Source of the DNA: Octopus bimaculoides
Taxonomy: Eukaryota
Direction of reading: 5' to 3'
DNA: 48,552 nucleotides
NCBI RefSeq assembly: GCF_001194135.2
Contig: NC_068989.1
Span: forward strand, 95,288,142 to 95,336,693
Shown: one piece after another, positions 11,513 to 24,475 of the stretch
How the letters are laid out: every line of letters starts with the position of its first letter
How positions within the stretch are numbered: position 1 is the stretch's first letter
Program-made: the position numbers and the translations under genes
The notes under the pieces: model-generated
What the model was told of the DNA's origin: nothing
Databases searched by the model: none
Seen by the model: the letters and a program-made list of their open reading frames with translations, nothing else

Positions 11513-11956
11513 AAGAGAGTGCAGAGGTGTAGGTAGCTAAATAGTTGAATGAACTCCCTTGCAAGAAAGATCATAGAGTAACCTCCCTTTTTTAAGTTTC
11601 TCGTAGCATCAGTGTCATGAGACGTGATTCTTAATTATTCGAGAAGCTTGGAAGTTTCTAGAATGTCTAGTGTTCCATTAATAAAAACAGTTTGCTAACC
11701 CAGCTGTTTCTCTCTGCCCTATAGCAACTAGGACTGAAAGCCACCACTCGACTGTTGTTCTACATTCCCTATCTCTGAACTTTCTTGCATAGATTACTTT
11801 ATTCAACTAACTTATACAATTTTATTCCATGGAGAATAAAATATATTTTTATGTAGTAAATATTTAGATCTTGAATTAACATACACGCAGCCACATCAAC
11901 GCCTTGTACTGACTGAATAATTCCACTACAGGAGTGTTATTGCAGCTGCTTGTAGT

Positions 11957-12175
11957 GGCGAGCTGTCAGAATCGTTACCGTGCCAGAAAAATGCTTTGTG
12001 GCAACTCATCCGACTTTACGATCTGAGTTCAAATTCCGCCGGAGTTCAACGGTCAACTTTGTCTTTTATCGTTTTGGGTTCGATAGCATAAGTACTGATT
12101 AAACACTGGCATCGATGTAATCGAATTAACCCCTCTCTTGAAATGGCTGGCTTTGTGCCAGAATTTGAAATCAAT
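11957..12175 (+). mobile_element. SINE family A, diverged
   Basis: ggcgagctgtcagaatcgtta...ctgagttcaaattccgcc...ctttgtgccagaatttgaaa. Confidence 0.8.
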
Positions 12176-12214
12176 ATAGATCATGATTCTAACAAGAACA
12201 TTCCATACATAATA

Positions 12215-12792
12215 AAGAATAACTGTTTGGTTACAAATTCACTTGGCGTGTATGATTCCAGGTTCGATCGCATGGCATGCACTTTAAGTGTCCTCTACTG
12301 TAGCTTTGGTGGAAATGTGGGGAATCCTACCATAGACGTACATGAATATAAATGTTAGCGACGGAAGCAATATCAGTACCGAATAGTAAGCTTTATATTC
12401 TACGCGAATGTGTTATTAGAACGCCGGATACTGCGGTATTCGCCTTGAGAGGTTTTGCGTAGACATACGTTGCTCAGAGCACAGACATATATCGCAGCAG
12501 ATGAAAACCGTTTAGCATGGGCGCCAGAACTGCCAGATCACGTGATTGCAGAGTACTGCGCTTCCTCAGTGACAGGCGTCCGGTTGCTGCTTACCTACCA
12601 AATGTCACTGACAATGATATATAGAAAAGCAGTGACTTTTCAGTCACCGATGTCGCAAATAGCCATCAAGCTTCCTTAAGTATGTGTGAATGTGTGTTTA
12701 TATCGAGTCGATGCGATCACTTACACGCACAAGAGCTTTGACATGGCTACAGTCCTGTGACTGAAACCAGCGACAGAGTGAAAAGAATAAAG
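12215..12792 (+). mobile_element. SINE family B, degenerate, interrupted by an unrelated segment at about 12385-12680
   Basis: Head ccaggttcgatc-aagtgtcctctactgtagc at 12260-12305; tail catggctacagtcctgtgactgaaacc at 12742-12770. Confidence 0.55.
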
Positions 12793-14058
12793 AAAGTATA
12801 TTACTCTCAATTCACACCAAGTGTTTTCGTATATAAATATTAATGATTTTTTTTCTTTTCTTTTTGTAGGCAAGAGCTAGTAAAAGTATCTAGCTAAAAA
12901 AAATATGCCTGTGTAGGTTAATTACTCACAAACATCAACTATTTAGACAAATCTGTAGTTAAAAGATAAGAGTTTATAAAATAAATATATTGAGTATAAA
13001 GAAAAAGGTTCATTATGCGGTGAGGAAAAGACAACATTAGCTTAATAATTAAAATTTTCAAGTAATCACTCGAAACTTATTAAAAAGACAGTAGTTTGTG
13101 GTTCCGAAAAGTAGTGTTATCTGCTACTTGGAGTCCTATCTAGTAACACAGCATGTTGATTTTTATTATAAACATTTTATATCAACATCCCTGCACAAAA
13201 TATCGGGTGCAACACACGTAAATTCGTCTTTAACAGAAGTAAACACGGTATTTTTTTAATAAAATTTGTTGTCCTTGATCGCTTCAATGAAATTCTACAG
13301 TTTTTATGAAGGTTCTGTATTTCTTCCACTAATACTTGATTTCTAATTTGAAAAACAGTTATCTTGTACGTCTTCTCATTAAATTGAAGATGTACGAGCT
13401 ACAGTTGAAAGGTTTCTATCTCTTTATCAATCTCTATTCATTTATCCAAACCTGATACATTAGAATATCATATTTTAACACCTGCATTTTAATTAATGTC
13501 TCGATAAAGTGTGGCTCATTTCGTTAATAATTATTTCTTAATTAGACAAGAAGTGTTCAGTTTCATAAATAATTTTTCTTTTTTTAATACTGCTATTCGA
13601 TATAAAGCAGAAGTGATAAATTGCAACTCTTTAAGAACGTATATTATTCTTTATACACAAAATTCTAAAGAATCTCAACACAATATTAATTCCAGTTCGT
13701 TATTAATATTTCTTTTTAGTTTTCGTCCGAGTAATTTTCGAATTTATTATCTTGTAAGTTATTGTGAAATTTGAATAAAAATTTTAACAAAAGTATTCAC
13801 ACACCACAGCTTCAATTAATTCCTTATTTTTGTCTAAGGATTGTGTGTTTGTATGTGTGTCAGAGTGCGTTTACGTATGGGCATTTTTGTGTGTTTGTGC
13901 CTGGACAGACAGACTGACAGATAGGTGTCTAGATAGATCTGAGATGACTCCTGGTACATAAAACCGGAGTAGGCAATGTTAAAATTCTAAGATATAACAG
14001 AAGTAGGATACAATATCTTCAATCAACAACCTCGTGATATTGTATACTATGCGACGTC

Positions 14059-14059
<1 letters not shown>

Positions 14060-14108
<49 letters not shown>

Positions 14109-14132
14109 TGATGATGATGATGATGATGATGA
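14060..14132. repeat. (AAT)n(GAT)n microsatellite
   Basis: Direct. Confidence 0.95.
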
Positions 14133-14394
14133 TAAATGCCCTGATGCAGTACCGAACAGTGGTTCTCGTGGCGTCTTATCTTAACTGATTGGAAGTGCTA
14201 TCATGTATATTGTTTTGTCTTGGTATAAAAGATGGGCTACAGCAAATATTCTGCTCAATACCACAGATTTGCTTGTCAGTTGTTTTACCTTAACCAGTTG
14301 AGCATGTCCCTTAGTGGCTGATGATATGTGCATCTCTGATCACGAGCAGAAATAGTGGGGGAGCATCATAGTCATGTGTTGAGAGGAATTCTTT
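14133..14394. mobile_element. Interspersed repeat fragment abutting the (AAT/GAT)n run
   Basis: Recognised from memory as a common octopus repeat (atgccctgatgcagtacc...gggctacagcaaatattctgctc). Only one copy is in this window. Confidence 0.4.
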
Positions 14395-14485
14395 GGAGGG
14401 TGTATCAGCCGAAACGTTGTGTTAACAACAAATAAGATGAGGATAAATATACGTCAAATGTAAATAATGTACATAATGTACTCTA
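14395..14485 (+). mobile_element. 3' half of the Penelope-like hammerhead repeat
   Basis: ggagggtgtatCAGCC-GAAAC-GTTgtgtt...aagatgagga...caaatgtaaataatgta; aligns with the reverse complement of 6060-6150. Confidence 0.65.
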
Positions 14486-14591
14486 ATATTCAATATTCAT
14501 TACTTTCAAATTATATTCAAGTTTACTCAATGTTTTTGATATCGTACAACTTGACTTTTAAACGCCTATTATCAAAATATGATTTCTGATT

Positions 14592-14799
14592 AAGGCATAA
14601 GGTCATCACTCTCGAGAAGAATGCTTTAACCGATATCATCGATTACAGTATTTGACTTCTACTTTATTTTATCGACCCCCGAGAAGAAGAAAGACAAAGT
14701 CAACTTGGATGGAATTTGAACTCAGAATATAAATGGCCGGTGGAAATGCAGCAAAACATTTCTTCCGGCGCTTTAACGATTCCGAAGCATCACCGCCTT
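14592..14799 (-). mobile_element. SINE family A, diverged
   Basis: tatcgacccc...ggaatttgaactcagaa...aacgattcc...caccgcctt. Confidence 0.75.
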
Positions 14800-15257
14800 T
14801 AATAATTGTATCTTTCAAATGAGAGGTGAAACTGGGAAATGGAATTTGTTGTAAGTGAATAAGATCAGCTTATTGAGAGGAGCAACGTTTAAAAGGCCTG
14901 GGGACCGTAGGAAAATTCATTTAAACGAAAAGAGATTATTGGTGGTGAAAGAGCCGCTTGACTCTTGGAAATAAGTCGCTTGATATGCTACAAAGAACTG
15001 CCAAATTTCCTTCAAACTCTACACTAGCCTTTTAAGAAAGAAATGATATATTTAGAGAGCTTGCTTAAAATAAAATATCTGATTACACGATCTACATTTC
15101 AGCACCTTGGCAATTCAATTATCGATTTAGTTGTTCGGTAATTCTCGTTTTATGTTTGCAACTTAAACAACTGTCAAGATCGGCAGTTAAAAATGTAAAA
15201 GTATTAAATAAATTTAAATTGGCAACACACGTTACAAACTTTTACTATTGGAAATAT

Positions 15258-15275
15258 TGTGCGTGTGTGCGTGTG

Positions 15276-15306
<31 letters not shown>

Positions 15307-15312
15307 ATGAAT

Positions 15313-15353
<41 letters not shown>

Positions 15354-15520
15354 CACACACATATATATACATGTATACACATATATATATACATATATAT
15401 ACATACAANNNNNNNNNNTATGTACATATATACATGCATACATACATACATACATACATATATACATACATACATACATACATAAATACATACATACATA
15501 CATACATACATATAAATATA
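15258..15520. repeat. (GT)n/(TA)n/(TACA)n microsatellites with a 10-N gap
   Basis: Direct. Confidence 0.9.
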
Positions 15521-15831
15521 TCATGCCATTGTAAATACATTAGTGAAAATTTGATTTTAAAAAATACAAATTTCATTGTGCTTACTTTTAGTCTTAGAAA
15601 AATAAGTTAAACGTAAAAATATTAAACACACACACACGCGCATGTATACACATATTTATTTATTTATGCATCAGTCGGTGCATATGATCACAAAATCTAA
15701 TTATTGATATTACTATTCAACGATACATTTAGACCAAAAGGTAAAAATAAAAACACTTTTCAAGATCCAATCTCGGTTAAATACTTTCTTCGAAATCAAG
15801 AAAGAGTTTTACAAGAATGTCTTTTAGTAGT

Positions 15832-15960
15832 TGAGAAGGTGCATGGCTTAATGCTTATGCAATTGGATTTTCAATCATAAGGTTATAGATTAGACTCCCG
15901 ATCCGGAAGGTGTATTCTGCTCTTCGGCGAGACACTTGACTTCTTTTTGCAACAGTATAT
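15832..15960 (+). mobile_element. Degenerate tRNA-SINE head (family C-like)
   Basis: gaaggtgcatggcttaatg...ataaggtt...ctcccg...ttcggcgagacact resembles the 20473 head. Confidence 0.45.
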
Positions 15961-16124
15961 TCAGGAAAAATTAAGACTGATTAAGCACCCAATCAGAAAT
16001 GTGTTAGCACGGCAGAGATAGCGAGTCGATGTTATGGTCAAAACATGCAAGGACATATCCAACTGCTATTTCTTGTCTTTACTCTTTCAATGGTTCGTTA
16101 TATTTTACTTGAAATAAGCATGTT

Positions 16125-16260
16125 CGGAGGCATGTGGTTAAAAAACTCGATTTACAACTACGTGCTTTTTTAGCTCAATCCCACTGTGCTAAGCGTGTTT
16201 TCCTGTCACCACGGGTCGACCTATACCTTGTGAATAAATTTGATCGGCAGAAATAGATAT
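16125..16260 (+). mobile_element. SINE family B, 5' part, degenerate
   Basis: gtggttaaaaaactcg...tcaatcccactg...gggtcgacctataccttgtgaataaattt. Confidence 0.55.
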
Positions 16261-16299
16261 GTATTTCCTTAACCATAAATGCGAGGATCGTCTCTTTGC

Positions 16300-16730
16300 C
16301 TCCAGAAACCGTCCACTCGTTTCATCACCTGCAATGACACTTTTCAGAAAGTTTTCTACAGTATTCAGACCATCAAATTGCTATAGACTCACTGTAATTC
16401 AGCTTTCTTTTTTATTCATCTATTTCCAGACGCGACAATTTGTTTGTTTCTGTCTTTCTTTTTATTCCATCATGCGGCATAATCTTCTACACACGATCAC
16501 TTCAAAAGCCACATGAATAGCCTTGGCGTCGATATTCGAGGATCGCCATATTTGTTTCCCAATGCCATCGTCGTCCGTTGTCATAAAAGGTCGTCTAGAT
16601 TTGATATCGTCTTTAAAACACCGGTGCCGCCATTCGTGACATTGCTTGCGACTCTAACAATCTTCATCAAAAGTTTCCGTAAAAGTTTTCTCCGATTTGA
16701 AAAATAAAATTTCCCACAAATACAATGCTC
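16300..16730 (-). mobile_element. Decayed mariner transposase N-terminal half (family 2)
   Basis: Reverse translation across frameshifts: CGKFYF..KTFTETFDEDC*SRKQCHEW..DDIKSRRP, then ENFLKSVIAGDET (first catalytic Asp motif at 16318-16329). Confidence 0.7.
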
Positions 16731-17058
16731 TTCGAACCTTTTCATTTTACACTTTTGGTACCCTGAAAGACGTACTGGGGGCGAATGGAGTATTTTAACG
16801 AGTCATTCTTTTTTTTCTTTTTCTTTTTATAAAGCGTTCTAATTATTTTATTGTATTACACCTAAGTACTTCAAGTACCACAATGTAAATAAGTATGAAA
16901 ATGTGTGTATATGTGTGTAAGCAACACTAAGTAAATCATATGTATTTACTATTGATTACTAAAATACTTAATGAGCGATTTGAAAGTGAGTCTAGATTTC
17001 ACATCTGGCCTTGGCTTATTCCAAGCTTTTAACGGACCAGCATATGTAATAACGTCAA

Positions 17059-17100
<42 letters not shown>

Positions 17101-18405
17101 ATATATATATTCACCATGCTGGACCTAATTTNNNNNNNNNNNNNNNNNNNNNNNNNNNNNNNNNNNNNNNNNNNNNNNNNNNNNNNNNNNNNNNNNNNNN
17201 NNNNNNNNNNNNNNNNNNNNNNNNNNNNNNNNNNNNNNNNNNNNNNNNNNNNNNNNNNNNNNNNNNNNNNNNNNNNNNNNNNNNNNNNNNNNNNNNNNNN
17301 NNNNNNNNNNNNNNNNNNNNNNNNNNNNNNNNNNNNNNNNNNNNNNNNNNNNNNNNNNNNNNNNNNNNNNNNNNNNNNNNNNNNNNNNNNNNNNNNNNNN
17401 NNNNNNNNNNNNNNNNNNNNNNNNNNNNNNNNNNNNNNNNNNNNNNNNNNNNNNNNNNNNNNNNNNNNNNNNNNNNNNNNNNNNNNNNNNNNNNNNNNNN
17501 NNNNNNNNNNNNNNNNNNNNNNNNNNNNNNNNNNNNNNNNNNNNNNNNNNNNNNNNNNNNNNNNNNNNNNNNNNNNNNNNNNNNNNNNNNNNNNNNNNNN
17601 NNNNNNNNNNNNNNNNNNNNNNNNNNNNNNNNNNNNNNNNNNNNNNNNNNNNNNNNNNNNNNNNNNNNNNNNNNNNNNNNNNNNNNNNNNNNNNNNNNNN
17701 NNNNNNNNNNNNNNNNNNNNNNNNNNNNNNNNNNNNNNNNNNNNNNNNNNNNNNNNNNNNNNNNNNNNNNNNNNNNNNNNNNNNNNNNNNNNNNNNNNNN
17801 NNNNNNNNNNNNNNNNNNNNNNNNNNNNNNNNNNNNNNNNNNNNNNNNNNNNNNNNNNNNNNNNNNNNNNNNNNNNNNNNNNNNNNNNNNNNNNNNNNNN
17901 NNNNNNNNNNNNNNNNNNNNNNNNNNNNNNNNNNNNNNNNNNNNNNNNNNNNNNNNNNNNNNNNNNNATATATATATATTAATGTTTCTTTTCCTGTATT
18001 TTTGTAGAAACGGTTGTAGTTTAATTTTTGTTTTTAGTTATGGGATTTCTGTTTTATTCTATATCTATTTTCTACTATTGTTATGTTTAATGCCGTGTAT
18101 AATATTTAAAGATGACCTCAGCTTCGGGCTATAACGATCTGCTCGCAACATTGGGAAGGCAGCTCTTCTATCATAACAGCAGGCTCAGACTAGAATAACA
18201 CAGTTTCTAAGTCCAAATGTCAGCAGTTTCCATCTCAATCCTGTTCCTGTCGGTTGAAAATTGATTTCAGCAAAAATCACCTCTCTGCTTTTTTTTTTTT
18301 GAGATTAACGTTCTGTTTTTCTCACCTTATGCCCTGGCATAGTATGTAGCGAAAGAAATATATTCCATCACAAATAAGAAGCATGCAAAGGATTCTAGCT
18401 TGTGT

Positions 18406-18457
<52 letters not shown>

Positions 18458-20151
18458 NNNNNNNNNNNNNNNNNNNNNNNNNNNNNNNNNNNNNNNNNNN
18501 NNNNNNNNNNNNNNNNNNNNNNNNNNNNNNNNNNNNNNNNNNNNNNNNNNNNNNNNNNNNNNNNNNNNNNNNNNNNNNNNNNNNNNNNNNNNNNNNNNNN
18601 NNNNNNNNNNNNNNNNNNNNNNNNNNNNNNNNNNNNNNNNNNNNNNNNNNNNNNNNNNNNNNNNNNNNNNNNNNNNNNNNNNNNNNNNNNNNNNNNNNNN
18701 NNNNNNNNNNNNNNNNNNNNNNNNNNNNNNNNNNNNNNNNNNNNNNNNNNNNNNNNNNNNNNNNNNNNNNNNNNNNNNNNNNNNNNNNNNNNNNNNNNNN
18801 NNNNNNNNNNNNNNNNNNNNNNNNNNNNNNNNNNNNNNNNNATATATATATATATATATAATTTAAATAATAAAGGTGATATATTGGATATTAATTTAAT
18901 TAACACCAATTTAAAACCAGTAGCCTAGCATAAAGAAAATTCTGAAAATTCAGAAAAATTATATTACATACACATGAGAAGGGATGACCACTAAGTGGGC
19001 ATCCATTATGCTAGAGATAGACCAGCTACGGTCAAACCACGAAAGAAAAGAATGTTCACTATGGAAATTCAGCGCACATCAGAACATGAACGGGAAAGAC
19101 AAATGAAAATATACAAAATAAAGAATTAATCGTAGACCAGGTTTCACACATTAATGGACCGTTCAATTCAATATAATTTGCAGAACAATACACGAATTGT
19201 CCACATAAAACTAGACAGGTGTACAGTTCTTCTGATTACATTGGAGTTATTTTCAAAAGAAAGTCGTATCGTCTGCGTAGCTAGCAAGGATGGCTATCCG
19301 GGCATTTGAGGGCATATCTGAGTGAGCCACTACGACAAGCAGTGGTTACAGACTGAAGGGTTGTAAATTCATATCCCAGTGACAAGAGTATTTCTTTGGA
19401 TAATTCTGGAACAAGTTATAAAAACAATGACAATGTCTCATATTTAAATCATATTTTTCAACTAGTTCACCCATTTTGACGTTCAATAAGTAAATACATA
19501 AATACACAAATAAAGAAAATTTGTGCGTGCTTCCATACATATGAACGAGAGTGCTGGTGAATATGTCACTCATACTTAATATACATCCTTGTATAATCTT
19601 TATACACCGACGTGCACGCGCGCGCCTATGACACTAGAGATGTTAGCGTTGACTAGAGTTTCCGGATAATGGCGATGGGTTCATGGCGAGGAGTCAATTG
19701 CACATTACATTTTTATTACTCTCCTCTATGTCAACTCTTTGCTGTTTTTAGTATGTCTTTAAATTTGATTGGCATCACAAGACCTAGTTGTGAGAGTTAT
19801 TTAGGGGATAACTAAAGATGGCTGTCGTCGAAGCTGCTTTAACTGCGAAGTGGGTCCAAATTTTTGGTATATTTCATCCCCATCATTATTTAACGACTTC
19901 ATGTGTTCTTTTCCGAGAATCAGGACAGATGTTTCTTTCAATGGAAAATCAAGAGAAGACAATGGAATTTTTATGCCGTCTTCGGTATGTCGCAGATTTC
20001 ATGCCACAACCGAAGTAGTCGTTGCTTTTACTTATTCAGCAATGGTCATCGAAACAAAATGGTTTTTTGTGAATGTTTTAGATAATGCATTGGGAATAAA
20101 ACTGACTTGTTGAATAGAATATCGCTCCTCTAGTATTTGTGCACTTGCGTG

Positions 20152-20152
<1 letters not shown>

Positions 20153-20204
<52 letters not shown>

Positions 20205-20214
20205 NNNNNNNNNN

Positions 20215-20259
<45 letters not shown>

Positions 20260-20472
20260 GAGAGAGGAGAGAGATAGTGTGTGTGTGTGAAAGAGAGAGG
20301 GAGAGAGAGAAATAGTGTGTGTGTGAGAGAGAGGGAGAGAGATATAGTGTATGTTACAGAGAGTGAGAGAGACAGAGTGTCTGTGTAGGTGTGCATGTGT
20401 GTGTGTGAGCGCACGCACGTCTGTGTGTAGCTGTGTGTTAGAAAGAGAGACAGAGTGTGTGTGTGTGTGTGT
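20153..20472. repeat. Compound (GT)n/(GA)n microsatellite
   Basis: Direct. Confidence 0.95.
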
Positions 20473-20755
20473 GAAGGCGCGAGGCTTGGCAATTAGGGCG
20501 TCGTACTCACGATCACAAGGTCGTGGTAACCATTCCCGGATCGGTTGCTCGGTTGTGTTCTTGAGAAAAACATTTCACGATGTTCTACGATTAATTTGAT
20601 CTCTGACTTGTGGCACACCATTGCACCTGGACAGGTAAGGACGATTTGATGTACATCACAAATATTTGACTACTATAAACAAAAAATCTGCACAGATTGT
20701 TTAGCAAAGAGTCTCGGAACCCTGATTTGCCGCCTACCACAGATGAGTCCATATG
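20473..20755 (+). mobile_element. tRNA-derived SINE family C, diverged
   Basis: gaaggcgcgaggcttgg...tcacgatcacaaggtcgtgg...cattcccgg...ttgtgttcttgag tRNA-like head plus body. Confidence 0.6.
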
Positions 20756-21039
20756 TTATATGAGAGAGAGGAGGAGGAGAGACAGACAGAAGCAGATAGA
20801 TAGTGAAGCAAACACAAATAACAAAAAGCAAAAAAAGTCGTCGGGGCGTTCGCGGTTAATACTGTTAGGATAAAGACAAAGGTTAAAAAGTCATAGAGCA
20901 AAAGTTACAACGTTTCGGAGATAGTTCTTCGTCGGATACTTTGGGAAAATCGAAGACAAACAAGGATGAAAATGAAAGAAGGAAGGAGATAAAAAACAGA
21001 AGAGAACTAGGGGAAAACGCACGTGAGCTACGTTGTATT

Positions 21040-21713
21040 CATATATATGTATGTAAGCGTGTGCATGCATACATATATATTTGTGTGTATGTACGCGTGT
21101 GTGTATGTATATACACACACACACGCGCATACATACATGTATATATATNNNNNNNNNNNNNNNNNNNNNNNNNNNNNNNNNNNNNNNNNNNNNNNNNNNN
21201 NNNNNNNNNNNNNNNNNNNNNNNNNNNNNNNNNNNNNNNNNNNNNNNNNNNNNNNNNNNNNNNNNNNNNNNNNNNNNNNNNNNNNNNNNNNNNNNNNNNN
21301 NNNNNNNNNNNNNNNNNNNNNNNNNNNNNNNNNNNNNNNNNNNNNNNNNNNNNNNNNNNNNNNNNNNNNNNNNNNNNNNNNNNNNNNNNNNNNNNNNNNN
21401 NNNNNNNNNNNNNNNNNNNNNNNNNNNNNNNNNNNNNNNNNNNNNNNNNNNNNNNNNNNNNNNNNNNNNNNNNNNNNNNNNNNNNNNNNNNNNNNNNNNN
21501 NNNNNNNNNNNNNNNNNNNNNNNNNNNNNNNNNNNNNNNNNNNNNNNNNNNNNNNNNNNNNNNNNNNNNNNNNNNNNNNNNNNNNNNNNNNNNNNNNNNN
21601 NNNNNNNNNNNNNNNNNNNNNNNNNNNNNNNNNNNNNNNNNNNNNNNATATATGTATATGTATATGTATATGCATATATATATCAATACATAGATGTAGA
21701 TTTATATATACGC

Positions 21714-21747
<34 letters not shown>

Positions 21748-21806
21748 ATGTGTGTGTGTGTATGTGTATATATATATATATGTATATGTTACATACATGC
21801 ATACAT

Positions 21807-21837
<31 letters not shown>

Positions 21838-21902
21838 CATGTATGTATGCGCGTGTGTGTGTGTATATACATACACACACGCGCGTACATACAGAGAGAG
21901 AA

Positions 21903-21958
<56 letters not shown>

Positions 21959-22735
21959 CGTCTGCAGAGAGCACGCTCACAATACAATAGCACAATAGTA
22001 GCATCATCCCTAATATATGTCTTTCGTGTTAGTAGACATAGACACACACATCACACACATACATACATATGATTGTGTATGTATATTTTCATGTATATAT
22101 ATTATATATATATATATATNNNNNNNNNNNNNNNNNNNNNNNNNNNNNNNNNNNNNNNNNNNNNNNNNNNNNNNNNNNNNNNNNNNNNNNNNNNNNNNNN
22201 NNNNNNNNNNNNNNNNNNNNNNNNNNNNNNNNNNNNNNNNNNNNNNNNNNNNNNNNNNNNNNNNNNNNNNNNNNNNNNNNNNNNNNNNNNNNNNNNNNNN
22301 NNNNNNNNNNNNNNNNNNNNNNNNNNNNNNNNNNNNNNNNNNNNNNNNNNNNNNNNNNNNNNNNNNNNNNNNNNNNNNNNNNNNNNNNNNNNNNNNNNNN
22401 NNNNNNNNNNNNNNNNNNNNNNNNNNNNNNNNNNNNNNNNNNNNNNNNNNNNNNNNNNNNNNNNNNNNNNNNNNNNNNNNNNNNNNNNNNNNNNNNNNNN
22501 NNNNNNNNNNNNNNNNNNNNNNNNNNNNNNNNNNNNNNNNNNNNNNNNNNNNNNNNNNNNNNNNNNNNNNNNNNNNNNNNNNNNNNNNNNNNNNNNNNNN
22601 NNNNNNNNNNNNNNNNNNNNNNNNNNNNNNNNNNNNNNNNNNNNNNNNNNNNNNNNNNNNNNNNNNNNNNNNNNNNNNNNNNNNNNNNNNNNNNNNNNNN
22701 NNNNNNNNNNNNNNNNNNNNNNNNNATATATATAT
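21040..22735. repeat. (TA)n/(TG)n/(GA)n microsatellites around two large N gaps
   Basis: Direct. Confidence 0.9.
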
Positions 22736-23439
22736 ACGTTTATATATGAACATAATGTGATGATTTCGTTTTATTGCTTACATCAACCTTTTATTGTATG
22801 TTAACATTTTATGTAGTGTTTAGATTTCGTTTTCATTCCCTCTGGGGCTTTTTTCTTGTTTTTTATTTGTTTCTTATTTTATTACGTTGAAATGGTGTAA
22901 CTGATCTGTATGATATATTTCTTCTCCATAAACATCTCAGGTTTAGCTTCGTGTCATAAAAGTCTTTACTGAGAAATTATTATATCTACACTTCTTCACA
23001 GAAAATTTATAACAGATATTTTCTCTCAAACTAGGTGATACCTATCTCCTTAAATTGGCCTTAGATAAATTTATTATTTTACAAATTTACCGTTTCAGGA
23101 ACCGCAAAAGTCCATAGTACTAGTCCTGGTGCCCGTCGAGTTAAACAGTTGGTGGGGGTTAGGGTTGTTGTTTTTTATATTTTTTATTGTTTTCTTCCTG
23201 TAGATACCAATTTAGTCTGTAGTTAATAAACATTATCTGAAGATCTTGATAACTTAAATGTCACATCTAAGAGGGATGCAGCAACGTAGAAGTTTGTGAA
23301 GAGTTCGGAAACACAACGAATACATATTAAAAATCTTAACTGATGACACGCTAACCAAGGATTCAATACTTGGCTAAAATTTCTCAACAAAAATAGATTC
23401 CAGTGTAATTGATATCCCTTGGGACATACATTTACTGTT

Positions 23440-23570
23440 TATGGTTATGTGGTTTTAAAAAAATACGTTTCACCATGACATAGTTATGGGTTTGATTCTA
23501 CAACACAACACCTCGGGATAATCACTTCTTCAATTACTTCGGATCGATCAACACTTTGTGAATGTACACT
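23440..23570 (+). mobile_element. SINE family B, 5' part, highly degenerate
   Basis: gtggttttaaaaaa...atgggtttgattc...cacctcggg...ggatcgatcaacactttgtgaat. Confidence 0.45.
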
Positions 23571-23959
23571 GAACTTCAGCGGAAAAATTCTACTTCAAAG
23601 ATGCATTTGAGAACAAGAAAAATCCGAGTAGCGATTCAGACCAAATCAGCTGAATCAGCCTGGACTCCTCCGGCTCTAAAAATACTTGAGACACTCCGTA
23701 TGTCACCACGGTGCCTCAACTGTTGAGATCAAACCATTTATTTCACGTTCAGTCTTCTTCCTGAAGATCTCTAAGTCATTCATTTATAACAGGTGATTAA
23801 ATTTTTCTCCACTTTTCAAGATGTACCCCGATGGCACTTTCCGTAGTATCTGTGTGAGGGGGATTCATACAAATCACAAACAGCAATGGAGATAGACTAG
23901 CCCCTTGAAACATTCCTCTCTTGATGCTAACCCTCGCCAAACACTGTCCACATGATGCT

Positions 23960-24134
23960 TAACATACACCAGCAGCATCATGGCCACCATCACCGTCTGC
24001 ACGACCATCTCCCCCACTCACACCATCACTACATCCACCGTCGCCATCATCGCCACCACCGTTGCCAATCAGCATCTCTATCGTGACTACTATTCCCACA
24101 GCATTGCCTCTTTCAAGGTGACGTCCATCAACAC

Positions 24135-24166
<32 letters not shown>

Positions 24167-24176
24167 ACACCATCAG

Positions 24177-24229
<53 letters not shown>

Positions 24230-24230
24230 C
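23960..24230. repeat. (CAT)n/(CAC)n trinucleotide tract
   Basis: Direct. It is the source of the poly-Asp and poly-Ile ORFs. Confidence 0.95.
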
Positions 24231-24274
24231 TCTTTCTGCACCGAAATCTAAGCAAGCCACGGCTAATGACTTTA

Positions 24275-24425
24275 GTTAAAGGAGCAGAAACAGTAAGATT
24301 CAGTTCAAATCTCACCAAGGTCAGCTTTGCTTTTCCGTCCTTACGAGGGTCGATAAAATCAAGCTTTGGATTGATTCTAATCGATTGTCCTCTCTGCCAA
24401 AACATGAGGCCTTGTAAGCAATATT
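24275..24425 (+). mobile_element. SINE family A, degenerate
   Basis: cagttcaaatctcaccaaggtcagctttgcttt...gagggtcgataaaat. Confidence 0.55.
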
Positions 24426-24475
24426 AAAAGTCTGAGCGCGAAGTAAACAGTAGCAGTAGGGAATCGTAAGATATA

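Noticed and set aside
11600-11790. Possible solo-LTR-like stretch (gagaagcttggaagtttctagaa...aataaa)
   Set aside because: No TG..CA ends, TSD, PBS or second copy visible.
18109-18139. Hammerhead-shaped remnant AAGATGA-cctc-agcttc-gggc-TATAAC-gatc
   Set aside because: Both core motifs are broken and stem II is mismatched; with one copy it cannot be reconstructed.
19804-20113. About 100 open codons after an AG on the plus strand, and a 65-codon open stretch on the minus strand
   Set aside because: No recognisable domain, no matching donor or partner exon.
16971-22804. Long ORFs (150-390 aa) spanning N gaps, and similar ones at 9369, 24846, 28158, 31363, 34236 and 47035
   Set aside because: Open only because Ns contain no stops; the flanks are dinucleotide repeats.
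23099-23226. Acceptor ccgtttcag followed by a 42-codon frame ending near AATAAA
   Set aside because: T-rich low-information peptide; no upstream exon identified.
23320-23360. CTGATGA at about 23340
   Set aside because: No stem II or GAAA follows in this copy.
23959-24405. Poly-Asp/Gly and poly-Ile ORFs
   Set aside because: Products of (CAT)n plus a SINE remnant.
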